This document shows, one piece after another, positions 32,645 to 43,809 of a stretch of DNA of 64,000 nucleotides; positions within the stretch are counted from its first letter, which is position 1; every line of letters begins with the position of its first letter. The stretch comes from a bacterium (lineage in GTDB: Bacteria > UBA8248). The translations under genes were made by a program, and so were the position numbers. Under the pieces are notes generated by a model. That model was not told where the DNA came from and searched no databases. It worked only from the letters and a program-made list of their open reading frames with translations. The stretch covers positions 64,001 to 128,000 of the forward strand of contig OZ242260.1 in assembly GCA_965207065.1 (NCBI GenBank), read 5' to 3'.

Positions 32645-34653
32645 TTAGTGAGTCCTCCTGAATACATAGAAAAAGGGATTTTCAGCGAATTTCCGGCTTT
32701 CTCTAAATCTCTAACATCCTCCTCTCCGTTGAATTCCATTATCAAACCCTGGTTTATCTTTATTAGCCGGAGAGCGGATACTACCGGGCTCGCCTTCCGG
32801 ACTGTATGGGACACGATACCTTATTGGAAAAAAGTTGCTCAGCCGATTAAGCTTCCTGTTACGTTGAACCCGTCTCCTCTTCCGGGCGACGACCACTCCG
32901 TTCGAGAACCCTTCCACCGGGCCGATGCAACCTCGATACCGACATGCCTTCCGGGTCGGCTGCAACGTTTGCCCCGAGGCGCCAATTCCCGATATAGTAC
33001 CCGCCTGTTCCGAACCTCATTAGCTGAGTATATCGTTCCCGGCGAGCAACCCCGCGCCAATCGCGCCTCTTGGATTCTATTACTACACTGATATTGCTAC
33101 AGCTTTTTCCGTTTTGTCAAGGTGATTTTCTCGCTAAATTCGGCCCTGGGTCAGAAGACCTCAATCGGTGGGCGGGCGAAACATAAAAACCATCACCTTA
33201 TTCACTATCGTTTATATGAATATGAAGTAAACTCCGGTCGATTGTCAAGTTATTCCCTTTGCCCGGCGGGCTATTGCCGAACCCGGCGTGCCGACCCTGT
33301 CTCATCAAACGTTTGCCCCTTGTCTCCTTCCGGCCTGCCATCGTTCCTGTGTCATTCGCTCCAGGGTAGCTCGGGCGACCGGGATACCCTCGGGTTTCTC
33401 CCCGCCCCGGAACGCAATCCCCCGGGCCCGCAGGCGTATGCCCGATGAGCGGAGCGCCGGAATAGCGGCGAATCGAGCGTTCCGAGCGGCATTTTTGCCG
33501 CGAGTTGCGTCGCCGCGCATACGGGGTGATGACGGAAAAACCCTCGGGGAGGCGAGCCGGCGATGGCGGGCCGCACCGGACCGGACGCGTGGGTCCCGAA
33601 GCGCCGAACCACAAAACCGGGAGGTTCCGGCAGCCCCGTTGACAGCATGATGATGAAGGCCGTTTTCCGGATCGAGTCCTCGACTCATCCACGGGCTCGG
33701 AGTTTCTTTCTTGTCGGTGAGCGGGGCAGGGCGAGAAAGCCGCAGGCCGGACCCGTAGCGCGGCCGAGCTTCAGGTCAAGCGTAATCAGCGGACAACCCG
33801 GCGCCACGTACCAGGCGTCGCAGCAGGCCAGGTTACTCCGCAATGCCCATATCCGTTCGGCAAACGGCGTGAAAGGAAACAACTCCAGGTGTATTCGCAG
33901 CAGAATGATTTCGTCCGGGGAGAGCAACTGCTGCTGCGAGTTCCGTCATATCAGGCGCATGGGGGGTTGCGTCGTTGCGATATCGGCGTGGAGTCGAAGC
34001 GTATTATATATAGAGGAGGCGAACCCGACCGCGCCAGGGTCTGCCCTGGAGTCTGGTTGAAATTCATGAATTTTGCAGATTTTCAGGAAGACAGGCAAGG
34101 AACTTCATCACGGACATGGGTATGATGCGCATCTTGTTTACCATGGCGCCGGGCAATGTCCGGATATACGTATTCTCCTGACGACTCTCTCGCCGGTAAG
34201 GAACACAAAGCCGGGACTCCGATCGCGCAAGCAGCGCAGTCGGGAAATGAACGGAATGCCCGTTCAATATCCTTGCCGTTTCTCCCGCTCGGTGAATATC
34301 GATTCTTCTATGGGGAATGGGAACCATTACCACCAGGCGGGGGGAGAAGCCGAACGTATCCAACCGGAGCGTCGCAACTCATGGCCGGGGAAACGCCTTC
34401 ATCCCGAAAAAAGCGGCCCGCGACTTCATATCAGGCCGAACCGTACAATCGGTGACGGATGCCAGGCCAACCCGATGCATCGGCCGATACGGTGCGGAAG
34501 AAGCGGTGCGAGACCCGCAGCATGGCGGAGGGAGAAACATTACCTCAGATCAGGTTCGCTCAAAACGGGATTCGGCAAGTTGCGCCGAAAGAGTTGCGCA
34601 GACACGCATTCCTGCTAGAATCGCTCATTCCCCCGAGAAATACCCCGCCCTGG

Positions 34654-36213
34654 ATGACCCGTAAAGAGACGGGAGAATCGATGATGGCGACCGGATATTC
34701 CGGCGAGACCTGGAACACGAAGGAATTCTTCGAGCGCGCCGGCGCGGCGGATACTCTCCGCCGCCTGCAGGACGGAGACGATGTCAACGCGCGGGATGAA
34801 CGAGGATGGACGCCTCTTCACAGGGCGGCGGCGTTCGGCAGGACGCCCGGGGTCGTGACCGCGCTGGTCGAAGCCGGGGCCGACCCGAATGCGCGGGATG
34901 AAGACGGAGCGACTCCCCTGCACGCAGCGGCGCTCGGCGCGACTCCCGGTATCGTAACGGCTCTGGTTCAGGCCGGGGCCGAGCCGAACACAGCAGAAAA
35001 AACCGGATGGACTCCCCTGCACGCGGCGGCGCGGTTCAACGGAACCCCCGGGATCGTGACGGCCCTGGTGCGGAGCGGGGCCGACCCGGACGCTCGGTCC
35101 ATCAAGGGAGAGACGCCCCTGCACGAGGCGTCCGCCAACTGCAGGACTCCCGGGGTCGTGCTCGCGCTGCTGCGGGCCGGCGCCGACGCGCGCGCACGGA
35201 ACCAGGAGGGAATGACGCCTCTGCACCGCGCCGCTGACTCCGGCGCGATCCCCGGAGTCGTGACGGTACTGGTGCAGGCGGGCGCCGACGTGAACGCACG
35301 CTTTGACGGAGTGACCCCCCTGCACCGGGCGGCGGCGAACAGCGAAACCCCCGAGATAGCGGAGGCTCTCATCCGGGCGGGCGCCGACCCGCTGGCGCAG
35401 GATGAAACCGGCTGGACACCTCTCCACTGGGCGGCGGCGGGCGCGAAGGATCCCGGGATCGTTGCAGCGCTGCTCGATGCGGGGGCCGACGTGAACGCGC
35501 GCGCGTACGATGGGCAGACTCCCCTGTGCGTGGCGGCGCGGTTCTCCTCCGCCGTCGGGGTCGTGGCGGCCCTGGTGGAGGCGGGCGCCGACCCGAAAGG
35601 GGAAGATGAAAAAGGACGGACGGCTTTGCACCGCGCGGCGATGAACGGCGGTATCCCCGATGTGGCGTCGGTTCTCGTCCGGGCGGGCGCCGACCCGAAC
35701 GCCCGGGACAAAGCCGGTTGGACTCCGCTGCACCGGGCGGCGGCGGGCGGCAGGCATCCCGGGATTGTGGCGGCCCTCATCGAAGCAGGCGCCAATCCGA
35801 ATGCGCGTACCGGAGAGGGCGTGACTCCCCTGCACTGTGCGGCGGGCTCCGGCGCAACCCCCGGGGTCGTGACGGCCCTCATCGATGCCGGGGCCAACCC
35901 GAACGCCCGGGACAAGAGAGGATGGACGCCCCTGCATGATGCGGCGGGCGGCAGGACGCCCGGGGTCGTCACGGCCCTGGTCGAAGCCGGCGCCGCCCCG
36001 AACGCGCGGGACCGGAAAGGGCGCACGCCCCTGCACGTGGCGGCGTGTCTCGGCAAGGCCGTCCCTGCCGTCGCGCAGGCCCTGCTTGCCGCCGGCGCCG
36101 ACCCGGCGGCAAGGGACGAGGGCGATGAAACGCCCCGGGATCACGTCAGGATGGATTCTCCGCTCTGGGGAACGGAGGTTTTCCGGCGCCTGAAGGACGA
36201 ACGGCGTCCATAG
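34654..36213 (+). CDS. Ankyrin-repeat protein (519 aa), paralog of 2728..4389 with one repeat fewer
   Basis: Ankyrin repeats; 34-aa difference after repeat 2. Confidence 0.95.
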   Translation: MTRKETGESMMATGYSGETWNTKEFFERAGAADTLRRLQDGDDVNARDERGWTPLHRAAAFGRTPGVVTALVEAGADPNARDEDGATPLHAAALGATPGIVTALVQAGAEPNTAEKTGWTPLHAAARFNGTPGIVTALVRSGADPDARSIKGETPLHEASANCRTPGVVLALLRAGADARARNQEGMTPLHRAADSGAIPGVVTVLVQAGADVNARFDGVTPLHRAAANSETPEIAEALIRAGADPLAQDETGWTPLHWAAAGAKDPGIVAALLDAGADVNARAYDGQTPLCVAARFSSAVGVVAALVEAGADPKGEDEKGRTALHRAAMNGGIPDVASVLVRAGADPNARDKAGWTPLHRAAAGGRHPGIVAALIEAGANPNARTGEGVTPLHCAAGSGATPGVVTALIDAGANPNARDKRGWTPLHDAAGGRTPGVVTALVEAGAAPNARDRKGRTPLHVAACLGKAVPAVAQALLAAGADPAARDEGDETPRDHVRMDSPLWGTEVFRRLKDERRP

Positions 36214-36557
36214 CCGATAGAAATTGCGCGCGCGGCGTCACGCGAGGGGTTACTGTCCTTTTCCGCCGCCCTCACCGGTTCCGCCGCCTGAATCGTGGCC
36301 GGGGCGATCAAGGGGCAGACGCAGCACTTTCTTCTTTCCCTGCCGAATGCGTAATCGGGCACGCTCCCTTTTCATGTTTTTCGTTTTCCCGCCAATACGT
36401 GGTAAAAAGCTATAAACGCACCCTTTCGAGCGCAAAATTTTTTACAAAATAAAATGTATGCGAGGATAACGCCTGTATCAAGAATCAGGATTAATAGTTG
36501 CGATGCATTACCCGGGATTGGAACAACCACACACGAACGGGACAGGTGAGGGGCCGG

Positions 36558-37388
36558 ATGAGAAACATGTTCCGGAGTTTCATGCGATTACTTGAGGCTC
36601 GGCGCGAAGCCGGGGAGCCCGCTCAGGCTTCGGTTAGCACGGATACCGGGGAGGAGACGCTCGATGGGCGTGAACTGACGCCCGAGGCTCAAAACGCCCG
36701 GTTCCTGAGCGAAATCACCACCCGCTCCATTCATCTGAGCGAACGCGCCGTCGAACAGGCGCAGGCGGGGGACATCGAGGGCGCCATCGAGACGGCGCGC
36801 GGCATCGGAAGCTCTCTTTTCCACGCCTCCGCCCTGCGGGAGATCGCCATCGCCCAGGCGGGGGCGGGACAGATCAGCGAAGCCGTCGAGACGATTCGCC
36901 GCATCGACGACCCCGACGATCGAATGGTGGCGCTCAAGCACTTCTCCGCCGTTCGGAGCGGCCCCGCCGCTGCCATCGCCTCCCATACGCTGAACGCCGC
37001 CTTGGAGGCGATCGAGGAGATCCGCGACGAAAAGAGCGTTTCCGAGCAAGCGTGGAAAAACGTCATGTCCCTGGCCGGGGCGGGGGATTTCACCACCGCC
37101 GTTCAGGCAGCCCGCGAAATCGGCGACCCTTCCTGGCGCTCCTGGGCTTTGCAGGAAATCGCCACAGGCCAGGCGGGGGCGGGAGATTTCCCCGCCGCTC
37201 TCAGTTTGGCAGGCGGCATCGGCAAGCCGCTCTACCGCTCCTGGGCGTATCGGGACATCGCCGTGGCGCAGGCCGAAGCCGGGCAAATCGACGCCGCGGT
37301 GGATACCGCGCGCCGCGTGGAAGACCCCGAAGATAAAGAGCAGGCGCTCGCGGCCATCGAAAAGCAAAAGGAACAGACCGGCGCGTAG
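36558..37388 (+). CDS. TPR-like helical repeat protein, paralog of 1541..2371
   Basis: Near-identical translation. Confidence 0.8.
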   Translation: MRNMFRSFMRLLEARREAGEPAQASVSTDTGEETLDGRELTPEAQNARFLSEITTRSIHLSERAVEQAQAGDIEGAIETARGIGSSLFHASALREIAIAQAGAGQISEAVETIRRIDDPDDRMVALKHFSAVRSGPAAAIASHTLNAALEAIEEIRDEKSVSEQAWKNVMSLAGAGDFTTAVQAAREIGDPSWRSWALQEIATGQAGAGDFPAALSLAGGIGKPLYRSWAYRDIAVAQAEAGQIDAAVDTARRVEDPEDKEQALAAIEKQKEQTGA

Positions 37389-37891
37389 CGCGCCTGGCCG
37401 CATCAGGTAAGAACACGGTCCGGCGCCGAACTTTAAGTAAAATCGCCGCAGATGTCGTACGGACTCAGGTCCTTCACGACGGGTTATGAGAAAAACCTCT
37501 ATAATCGAAACCGAATCATGAGCCGTCCCGGCTCGCGCGCAAGGGTGGGGAGCTTTTCTTCCGCCTCACAATAATTTCCTTTCCGGCCTACAGAACGGCG
37601 AATTCACCATCCCTTACTATGGCATTCCTTTGATTTGACGGCTCTCGCGCTCGTTCCCAAGTAAATTTTTTCAATAGGGCCCCCGTTTGTTGAATGACAC
37701 ACTTGAGCGATCATGGTGGCAACTTTCCTATTGGGCATTCATGCGCCAAAGCGCAAGATACCTGAATCTTCAAAAGCATTTATCTCAGAGATGTTCAGAT
37801 AACTTTATTGCCAAAATACTATCGCATCCTAAAATTTGACCCAAAGCTCCACGATTCCCTGGAGACTGCTGACCGATTTGTTTCAGCCCTC

Positions 37892-38227
37892 TCAGGTTAG
37901 CAGGCGTAGCGCGGTCTCAGGAGCCTTGTCGAGCAACTTTAGCAGGGCTCGCGCTGCGCCGGTCGGATAACGCTTTCCCTGCTCCCAATTTCGGATGGTC
38001 TCATGCGGCACGTCGATACGACGCGCCAGCTCGACTTGAGAGAGCCCCAGACGTCGCCGGACCCGGCGCGCGTACCGCGCCATGTCCTGCATTGCCTCGG
38101 CGTCGTCTTCATGAATCTGCAAGGCGATCTCCGCCTCGGTAGTGGCGTCCACCACTGCAGGGTCGAACCGCTCCTTGGGGAAGGTCCCCGGGTCGTCAGG
38201 ATTAATCCTGACCTTTGTTGTACTCAT
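37892..38227 (-). CDS. XRE-type HTH antitoxin
   Basis: RRRLGLSQVELARRI...IRNWEQGKRYPTG. Confidence 0.85.
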   Translation of the reverse strand: MSTTKVRINPDDPGTFPKERFDPAVVDATTEAEIALQIHEDDAEAMQDMARYARRVRRRLGLSQVELARRIDVPHETIRNWEQGKRYPTGAARALLKLLDKAPETALRLLT

Positions 38228-38483
38228 AGTCCTCGACCTCCTTCTGGTTGGCCTTGCGGGCCGATATGATGCGGATCGCAGAACCCCGGATCGTGTATAT
38301 GACGACATACGCTCTCCCGTCGATCATGCCGAGCAGCCGATAGCGAGCCTCGCCATAGTCGAGTCGGCGATCCTGCGCTACGAGCCGGTTCGGGTCGAAG
38401 AATACGCGAACGGCATAGGCGAAGTCGAAACCGCGACGAGCGAAACAGGCATTGTTCTTCGCATCGTCCCATTCAAATTCCAT
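38202..38483 (-). CDS. BrnT-family toxin
   Basis: MEFEWDDAKN...IRIISARKAN. Confidence 0.9.
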   Translation of the reverse strand: MEFEWDDAKNNACFARRGFDFAYAVRVFFDPNRLVAQDRRLDYGEARYRLLGMIDGRAYVVIYTIRGSAIRIISARKANQKEVEDYEYNKGQD

Positions 38484-38667
38484 ATCAATCATATAGGCCA
38501 ATGGCCTATCCCAGTCAAGCAGTCGAGTTCCAGCGGAGTTGTCAACTTACTGTTTCGACCAGAGAATCTGCTGGAATTACGTAGACGTGGTAAAGCGGTT
38601 CGGGAAAGCAATCGCCGAAGCCTGACGTGCTCGATATGCGCGGAGCATGAGTAAACTAGGCAATGAT

Positions 38668-40184
38668 GGGTCTGTTGAAAAACCCCCCACATTATGGTTC
38701 GGTATATGGATACTATCTCGCCCGAGATGGGAGTTCCCTCGATGTTGGACCGCAAGAGGCGCGAGCAGCTGGATTTGTTCGTGGCCGGTTCGCTGGATCA
38801 GCTGATCCCCGAGGATCACGTTCTGTACCGCGTGCATCAGGTACTGGATTTGAGCTGGCTTCGCGAGGAGGTGGCGGCGTGCTATTGCGCGGACAACGGT
38901 AGTCCGGGTTTGGACCCGGAGGTGGTGGTGCGATTGATGCTGGCGGGCCTGTTGCTGGGCTACGTTCACGACCGGCGTCTGCTTCGCGAGGCGAAGGTGA
39001 ACCTGGCGATCCAGTGGTTCATCGGGTACGGGCTGCACGAGGAGTTGCCGGATCATTCGAGCCTGACGCGGGTCCGTCAGCGGTGGGGGGAAGAGCGCTT
39101 CAAGGAGATATTCCGGCGCACGGTGCGTGCATGCCTGGAGGCGCAGGTGGCGAAGGGAGAAGTGGTTCACGTGGACGCTTCGTTGATACGCGCGGACGTG
39201 AGCTGGGAGAGTCTGGCGGAGCGTCACGCGAGCGAGGTGGTGCGGGAGAACGACTCGGAGGAGGAGACGGAGAAGAAGCGTGGTGGCCGGGGTTCGGGGA
39301 AGGTGAGCCGTACGGACCCCGACGCGCGCCTTGCGCGCAAGAGCGCTCGCGCGGGGTTCGAGCCGAGCTACAAGCACCACGCGGTGGTGGACGATGAGCG
39401 GGGTGTTGTTCTCGACGTTGCGGTGACGGAGGGGACTTTGAACGAGCGGGCGATGATGGCGTCCCAGTTGGAAGCGGTATGGGAGGTATCGGGTTGCCCG
39501 CCCGGGTTGGTGACGGCGGATTCGGGCTACGCCTACTCGGAAGTCTACGCGGCTTTGGAGCGGCTGGGTGTCGCTGCGCTGATACCGGCGAAGAAGGAAC
39601 CCTTGCAGAGCCGTGTTCCGTTGCGGCTGTTCCGCTACGACGCGCGCCACGACTTGGTGAAGTGTCCGCGCGGCAAGAAGCTGCTCCCCCGGCGGCCCGC
39701 CAAGGGGGGGCGTTATTATCGTTCGAGGACGCGGGATTGCGCGGGCTGCGCACTGGGCGCCGGTTGTTTGCCGAAGGGTTGGAGGAGCAAGGTGGTGCTG
39801 ATACCGCACAACTACCCGGCGCTGTTGCGCGCGCGTCGGCGCCACGCGCGCCGGGGGGAGGAGGAGCGTCGGCAGTGGCGCCGGCACATGAGTCGCTCCG
39901 AAGGCTACCACGGCGAAGCGAAGAGTTGGCACGGACTGGCGAGGGCGGTGCGCCGCGGACTCGACAACGTGCGGATCCAGTCCTACCTGACGGCGACTGC
40001 GGTGAACCTCAAGCGGCTGGCCGCCGCCCTTGCGGCGCATTTATTCGCCCTCAGGAGGGCCTGCGCCGCCCGGAGACGCGGAATGCGCGTTCCTGGCGGC
40101 TTCACGCGCCGATTGGGCTTGCTCTCCCAAGCCGCGTGAGCCGCCAAAACACCCGTACCCAACACCGGGTTTTTCAACAGACCC
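38668..40184 (+). mobile_element. Intact IS1182-family insertion sequence
   Basis: Perfect 18-bp terminal IR GGGTCTGTTGAAAAACCC; 5-bp target duplication ATGAT (38663-38667, 40185-40189). Confidence 0.93.
38742..40139 (+). CDS. IS1182-family transposase
   Basis: LPDHSSLTR, VDASLI, SRTDPDA, ADSGY, EGYHGEAK. Confidence 0.9.
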   Translation: MLDRKRREQLDLFVAGSLDQLIPEDHVLYRVHQVLDLSWLREEVAACYCADNGSPGLDPEVVVRLMLAGLLLGYVHDRRLLREAKVNLAIQWFIGYGLHEELPDHSSLTRVRQRWGEERFKEIFRRTVRACLEAQVAKGEVVHVDASLIRADVSWESLAERHASEVVRENDSEEETEKKRGGRGSGKVSRTDPDARLARKSARAGFEPSYKHHAVVDDERGVVLDVAVTEGTLNERAMMASQLEAVWEVSGCPPGLVTADSGYAYSEVYAALERLGVAALIPAKKEPLQSRVPLRLFRYDARHDLVKCPRGKKLLPRRPAKGGRYYRSRTRDCAGCALGAGCLPKGWRSKVVLIPHNYPALLRARRRHARRGEEERRQWRRHMSRSEGYHGEAKSWHGLARAVRRGLDNVRIQSYLTATAVNLKRLAAALAAHLFALRRACAARRRGMRVPGGFTRRLGLLSQAA

Positions 40185-40539
40185 ATGATAGACGGATTAG
40201 ACTAATCTGCCTTGCAGAACTTTCGCCATTCAGGAGTGCGCCATGAAGACTCGAAGCGACCCGTGACTCGACAGGGTGCTTCATGATACCGCGAAGGAAG
40301 TGCTCATGCGGCACGATGTTGAAGTGACGGCGAAATGGCTGGGCTGATTGGTCCACAGAAGGCTGATTTAATCCGTCGTCCCCGACCAGCTTTCTATACA
40401 AGTGCCCCGGTCTCTTGTTTTGATTTAGCGTAATATGCTATCCGCTACATTTGTATTATATTTAATTCGTCAGCGTCAGTCTTGTTACAGCACGAAAACA
40501 TGCAATTCGATTGCGCAAACAATCAGTAAATGATACTTT

Positions 40540-41349
40540 ATGCGCATGATAATGAAATCCCGTCGGGTACACACCAAAGATTATATCAGAAACCTTCTCG
40601 CTAGCGGGAGCCATCACTTTACTTCAAGCGACGCTCGCGAAGCGCTTGGCGTGTCTCCGGACGCCGCCAAACTCGCCCTGAACCGACTGGCCCGGCAAAA
40701 TATGATCGCCCAACCCTCCCGGGGCTTCTACGTAATCGTTCCTCCGGAATACCTCTCTCTGGAGTGTCTGCCGGCGGACCAATTTATCCCGGCGCTGATG
40801 GAGCGCCTAGGGCAAACCTACTATTCAGGTTTGCTTTCAGCCGCGCAATACCACGGCGCGGCCCATCACCGGCCCCAGGAATTCCAGGTGCTGCTACACA
40901 AAGCCCGTCGGCCGATCCGCTGCGGCCGGGTGCGCGTGGTCTTCATCGTCCGCAAGCATCTTCGGAACGTACCTGCAAAAAATTTCAACACGCCCCGTGG
41001 CACGATTCGGGTCTCGACGCCAGAAGCGACGGCCGTCGATCTCGTCGGCTATTCTCACCATGCAGGTGGACTCGACCAGGTGGCGACCGTTCTCTCCGAA
41101 CTCGCAGTGCAGATCGATCCGGAGAAACTGGTGACGGCCGCGCAGACCGCGCCGATCACCTGGGCGCAAAGACTTGGATACCTGCTCACGTTCGTCAATG
41201 CCCGCGAACGGATCGTCCCTCTGAAGGACTATGTCAGGAGAGAAGCCCGGAGAACGGTTCCGCTTCTCCCCGGCGCATCAAGTGAAGAAGCGCCTCGCGA
41301 TGCGGACTGGAAGCTCTTCGTAAACACGGACGTAGAGCCGGACCTGTGA
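40540..41349 (+). CDS. AbiEi-family type IV antitoxin
   Basis: RGFYVIVPPEY, GLLSAAQYHGAAH, STPEATAVDL. Confidence 0.88.
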   Translation: MRMIMKSRRVHTKDYIRNLLASGSHHFTSSDAREALGVSPDAAKLALNRLARQNMIAQPSRGFYVIVPPEYLSLECLPADQFIPALMERLGQTYYSGLLSAAQYHGAAHHRPQEFQVLLHKARRPIRCGRVRVVFIVRKHLRNVPAKNFNTPRGTIRVSTPEATAVDLVGYSHHAGGLDQVATVLSELAVQIDPEKLVTAAQTAPITWAQRLGYLLTFVNARERIVPLKDYVRREARRTVPLLPGASSEEAPRDADWKLFVNTDVEPDL

Positions 41350-42185
41350 TCCCGCGCGACTATATCACCGAGTGGCGGGCGCAGGCGCCATGGGTGCAGG
41401 ATTTCCAAGTCGAGCAAGACCTCGTCATCAGCCGGGCTTTGATCGCGATTTTCAATCACCCGATCCTGGGAGAAGCGCTGGCCTTCCGGGGAGGTACGGC
41501 GCTCTACAAACTCCACATTCATCCCCCGGCCCGCTATTCGGAGGACATCGACCTCGTACAGGTCAGGACCGAACCGGCCGGGCCGATGATGGGAGCGGTT
41601 CGAGAAGCCCTCGATCCATGGCTCGGGAAACCGCAATACAAACAGACCAAAGGACGCGTGACATTCAATTACCGCTTTCAGTCCGAGGATGCGCCGCCCC
41701 TTCCGCTGCGGCTGAAAGTGGAAATCAATTCACGGGAACACTTTGCGGTTTACGGATTCACTCGGCTGCCCCTTACCGTGTCTTCGCGCTGGTTCGAGGG
41801 TAGTTGCGCGATCACCACGTATACGCTCGAGGAGTTGCTGGCCACCAAGCTGCGCGCCCTCTACCAGCGTCGTAAAGGCCGGGATCTTTTCGATCTTGCG
41901 GTCGCGCTCGAAACAGGAGCGCTCGACCCGGATCGGGTCGTCGCCGCGTTTGTGAAGTATATGGAGCGAGACGGCCACGAAGTGATGAGAGCCCTGTTTG
42001 AGCAGAACCTCCAGGCGAAACTGCGCGACCCGCAGTTCAACGCCGATATCGGCCCGCTTCTGGCGACCGGATTTTCCTGGGACGCCGATCAAGCTGCGGC
42101 AATCGTCCGCTCCAGACTGCTTGCGCGATTGCCGGGCGAGCCATGGCAGGGCGGCAAAGAGAACAAGGGAAACACGGAGGAGTAA
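41346..42185 (+). CDS. AbiEii-family toxin
   Basis: FRGGTALYK, RYSEDID, KLRALYQRRKGRDLFD. Confidence 0.9.
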   Translation: MIPRDYITEWRAQAPWVQDFQVEQDLVISRALIAIFNHPILGEALAFRGGTALYKLHIHPPARYSEDIDLVQVRTEPAGPMMGAVREALDPWLGKPQYKQTKGRVTFNYRFQSEDAPPLPLRLKVEINSREHFAVYGFTRLPLTVSSRWFEGSCAITTYTLEELLATKLRALYQRRKGRDLFDLAVALETGALDPDRVVAAFVKYMERDGHEVMRALFEQNLQAKLRDPQFNADIGPLLATGFSWDADQAAAIVRSRLLARLPGEPWQGGKENKGNTEE

Positions 42186-43346
42186 AAAGGGGCGCGGAAC
42201 CTGCGAGGATGGCTCGTCACTTTAGTTGGGGATGGGGTGACGGGCCCGTCTGCAAGTACTTGCCCCTCAACGATTTCTTGCCGGCAGCCATTCGTTACTC
42301 TCCGAGCGCCCTATCCTCAAGAATCTTTTCTTGATTCGATGTGTCGACACGCTCTCTTTTCATCGCCCACCAAGTATCGATTTCATCTTGAAATCATTCC
42401 TGTGATTGTGAATCCTGTTCTGAATTCGGCTTCAGGAACATGTGCTCAAGACGGAACGGGAATCGTTAAATTTTCGTATATCTCGATGAACCTTGATGGG
42501 CAGAGTGCGCAGCCCTTCTCAAAAGCCGGTTCGCGATAGCTTATCTCCGGGTATGCTACCCGGCCCTGAGAATTCCCTGATGAACATTATTCCCACGCCC
42601 ATGACGACCCCGGTTCGCACCTGCTGTGCCGTTTACAAAAATGACGATCTTTTTGACTGGTACTGCGACCGTGATCCAAAAAGTGTTTCCGCTCCGTCGC
42701 GGACTGGCAACAGAATTGCCGGGAGATTTACTGGAGACAATGTCGGAGAAGTACACGGCCGATCCTCGCTAAATACGGGAGCAAAAAGATTCGTCACTCC
42801 AAGGTCATTGCCTGGCCTTCGCTGCATCGGTCTGAGTGTGCAGGCTGAGATCGACGTCCGTGTTATTTTCATCAATACACAAATCTCCGTAACGTTGCTA
42901 TCGAATGCGCCACCGCTATAATCTCAAAATTCAGGTTTTTGAAGACATTATTAGGGTGAGATTCGAGCCGAGGCTTGTATGCACAAGGCGCAACGACTTT
43001 CGCCTCTGAGTGAATAAACGAGTTCGGAAACGTTTTGTCCAGAGGCAAAGAGGCAGCACCCAATGCGCAGGCTGGACTGATGATCGGCGACGAGAGCGGC
43101 AATCCGAGAAAGGTTGTTCTCGTTTCGCTATCATGTCACAAGCGCTTCCGGTGCTCTCTGGTCAGCAAAGCTGTCGGAGCTTAAATATCTGTTGACTATC
43201 ATGCCCCCACAAACCGTTATTTGAAATACGAGGAACCGTGGCGATGAGACAAGCGAAAATGCTGGGAGCCGTCGTGGTTTTGGCGGCAATTTTGTCCGGT
43301 TGCAAAACGACCGATACTGACTTCGATGAGAGTTGGAAGATGGCCC

Positions 43347-43530
43347 TGATGCGCTCCGGATAGAGAAGGCGTTCGGCGTTTCGATGGACACGCTGATGCG
43401 GTTGCAGAACAGCCACGACATCGCCTAGGCGCGAAAGCGCGAAGGCGAAATCTCGCCCCGTACAAGGGGCGCGTCGCTTGAGGCGTATTGGGAGTTGGGT
43501 GAAAACGTTTCCAGGACGATAGCGGCCGTA
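43347..43530 (+). pseudogene. HigA 3' remnant plus flank, repeated at ~54309-54485
   Basis: ALRIEKAFGVSMDTLMRLQ with an internal TAG; shared downstream sequence. Confidence 0.75.
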
Positions 43531-43809
43531 ACCCGGAAATGCGTTTCGTCAACTACTCCGTGCCGCTCCTCCTGCGTGGTGGCGGACCATGGCGCCTTGT
43601 CCATGAGCGAAGTTGCCGGGTGGGCGCTCGATCCCGACCCCCGGATGCGCGAGTTTCCATCAGTCGGCTTGCGATATGAGCACGAATTCGATCGAATCAC
43701 GCTCGACCGGCGAACGCCGCTGCGTCTCCGGGAACGTCGCCGCCTCGGGGGCGAGGGGCCACCGAACGCCCCCCTCTCGACCTACGAAAGCTCCTGAACA
43801 TCTTCCTGG

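Larger units (their letters stand above)
32693..37990. repeat. Right arm of the ~5.2 kb inverted duplication
   Basis: Reverse complement of 939-6131 with substitutions and indels (e.g. extra segment ~34030-34215). Confidence 0.95.

Noticed and set aside
34459-34653. N-terminal extension of the right ankyrin ORF
   Set aside because: Not in frame with the ankyrin ORF in the left copy; start at 34654 or later is more likely
38577-40401. Gene interrupted by IS1182
   Set aside because: Removing the IS gives only a ~100-codon minus-strand frame with no recognisable motif
42190-43340. Short ORFs in an AT-richer stretch
   Set aside because: No recognisable product; probably decayed sequence
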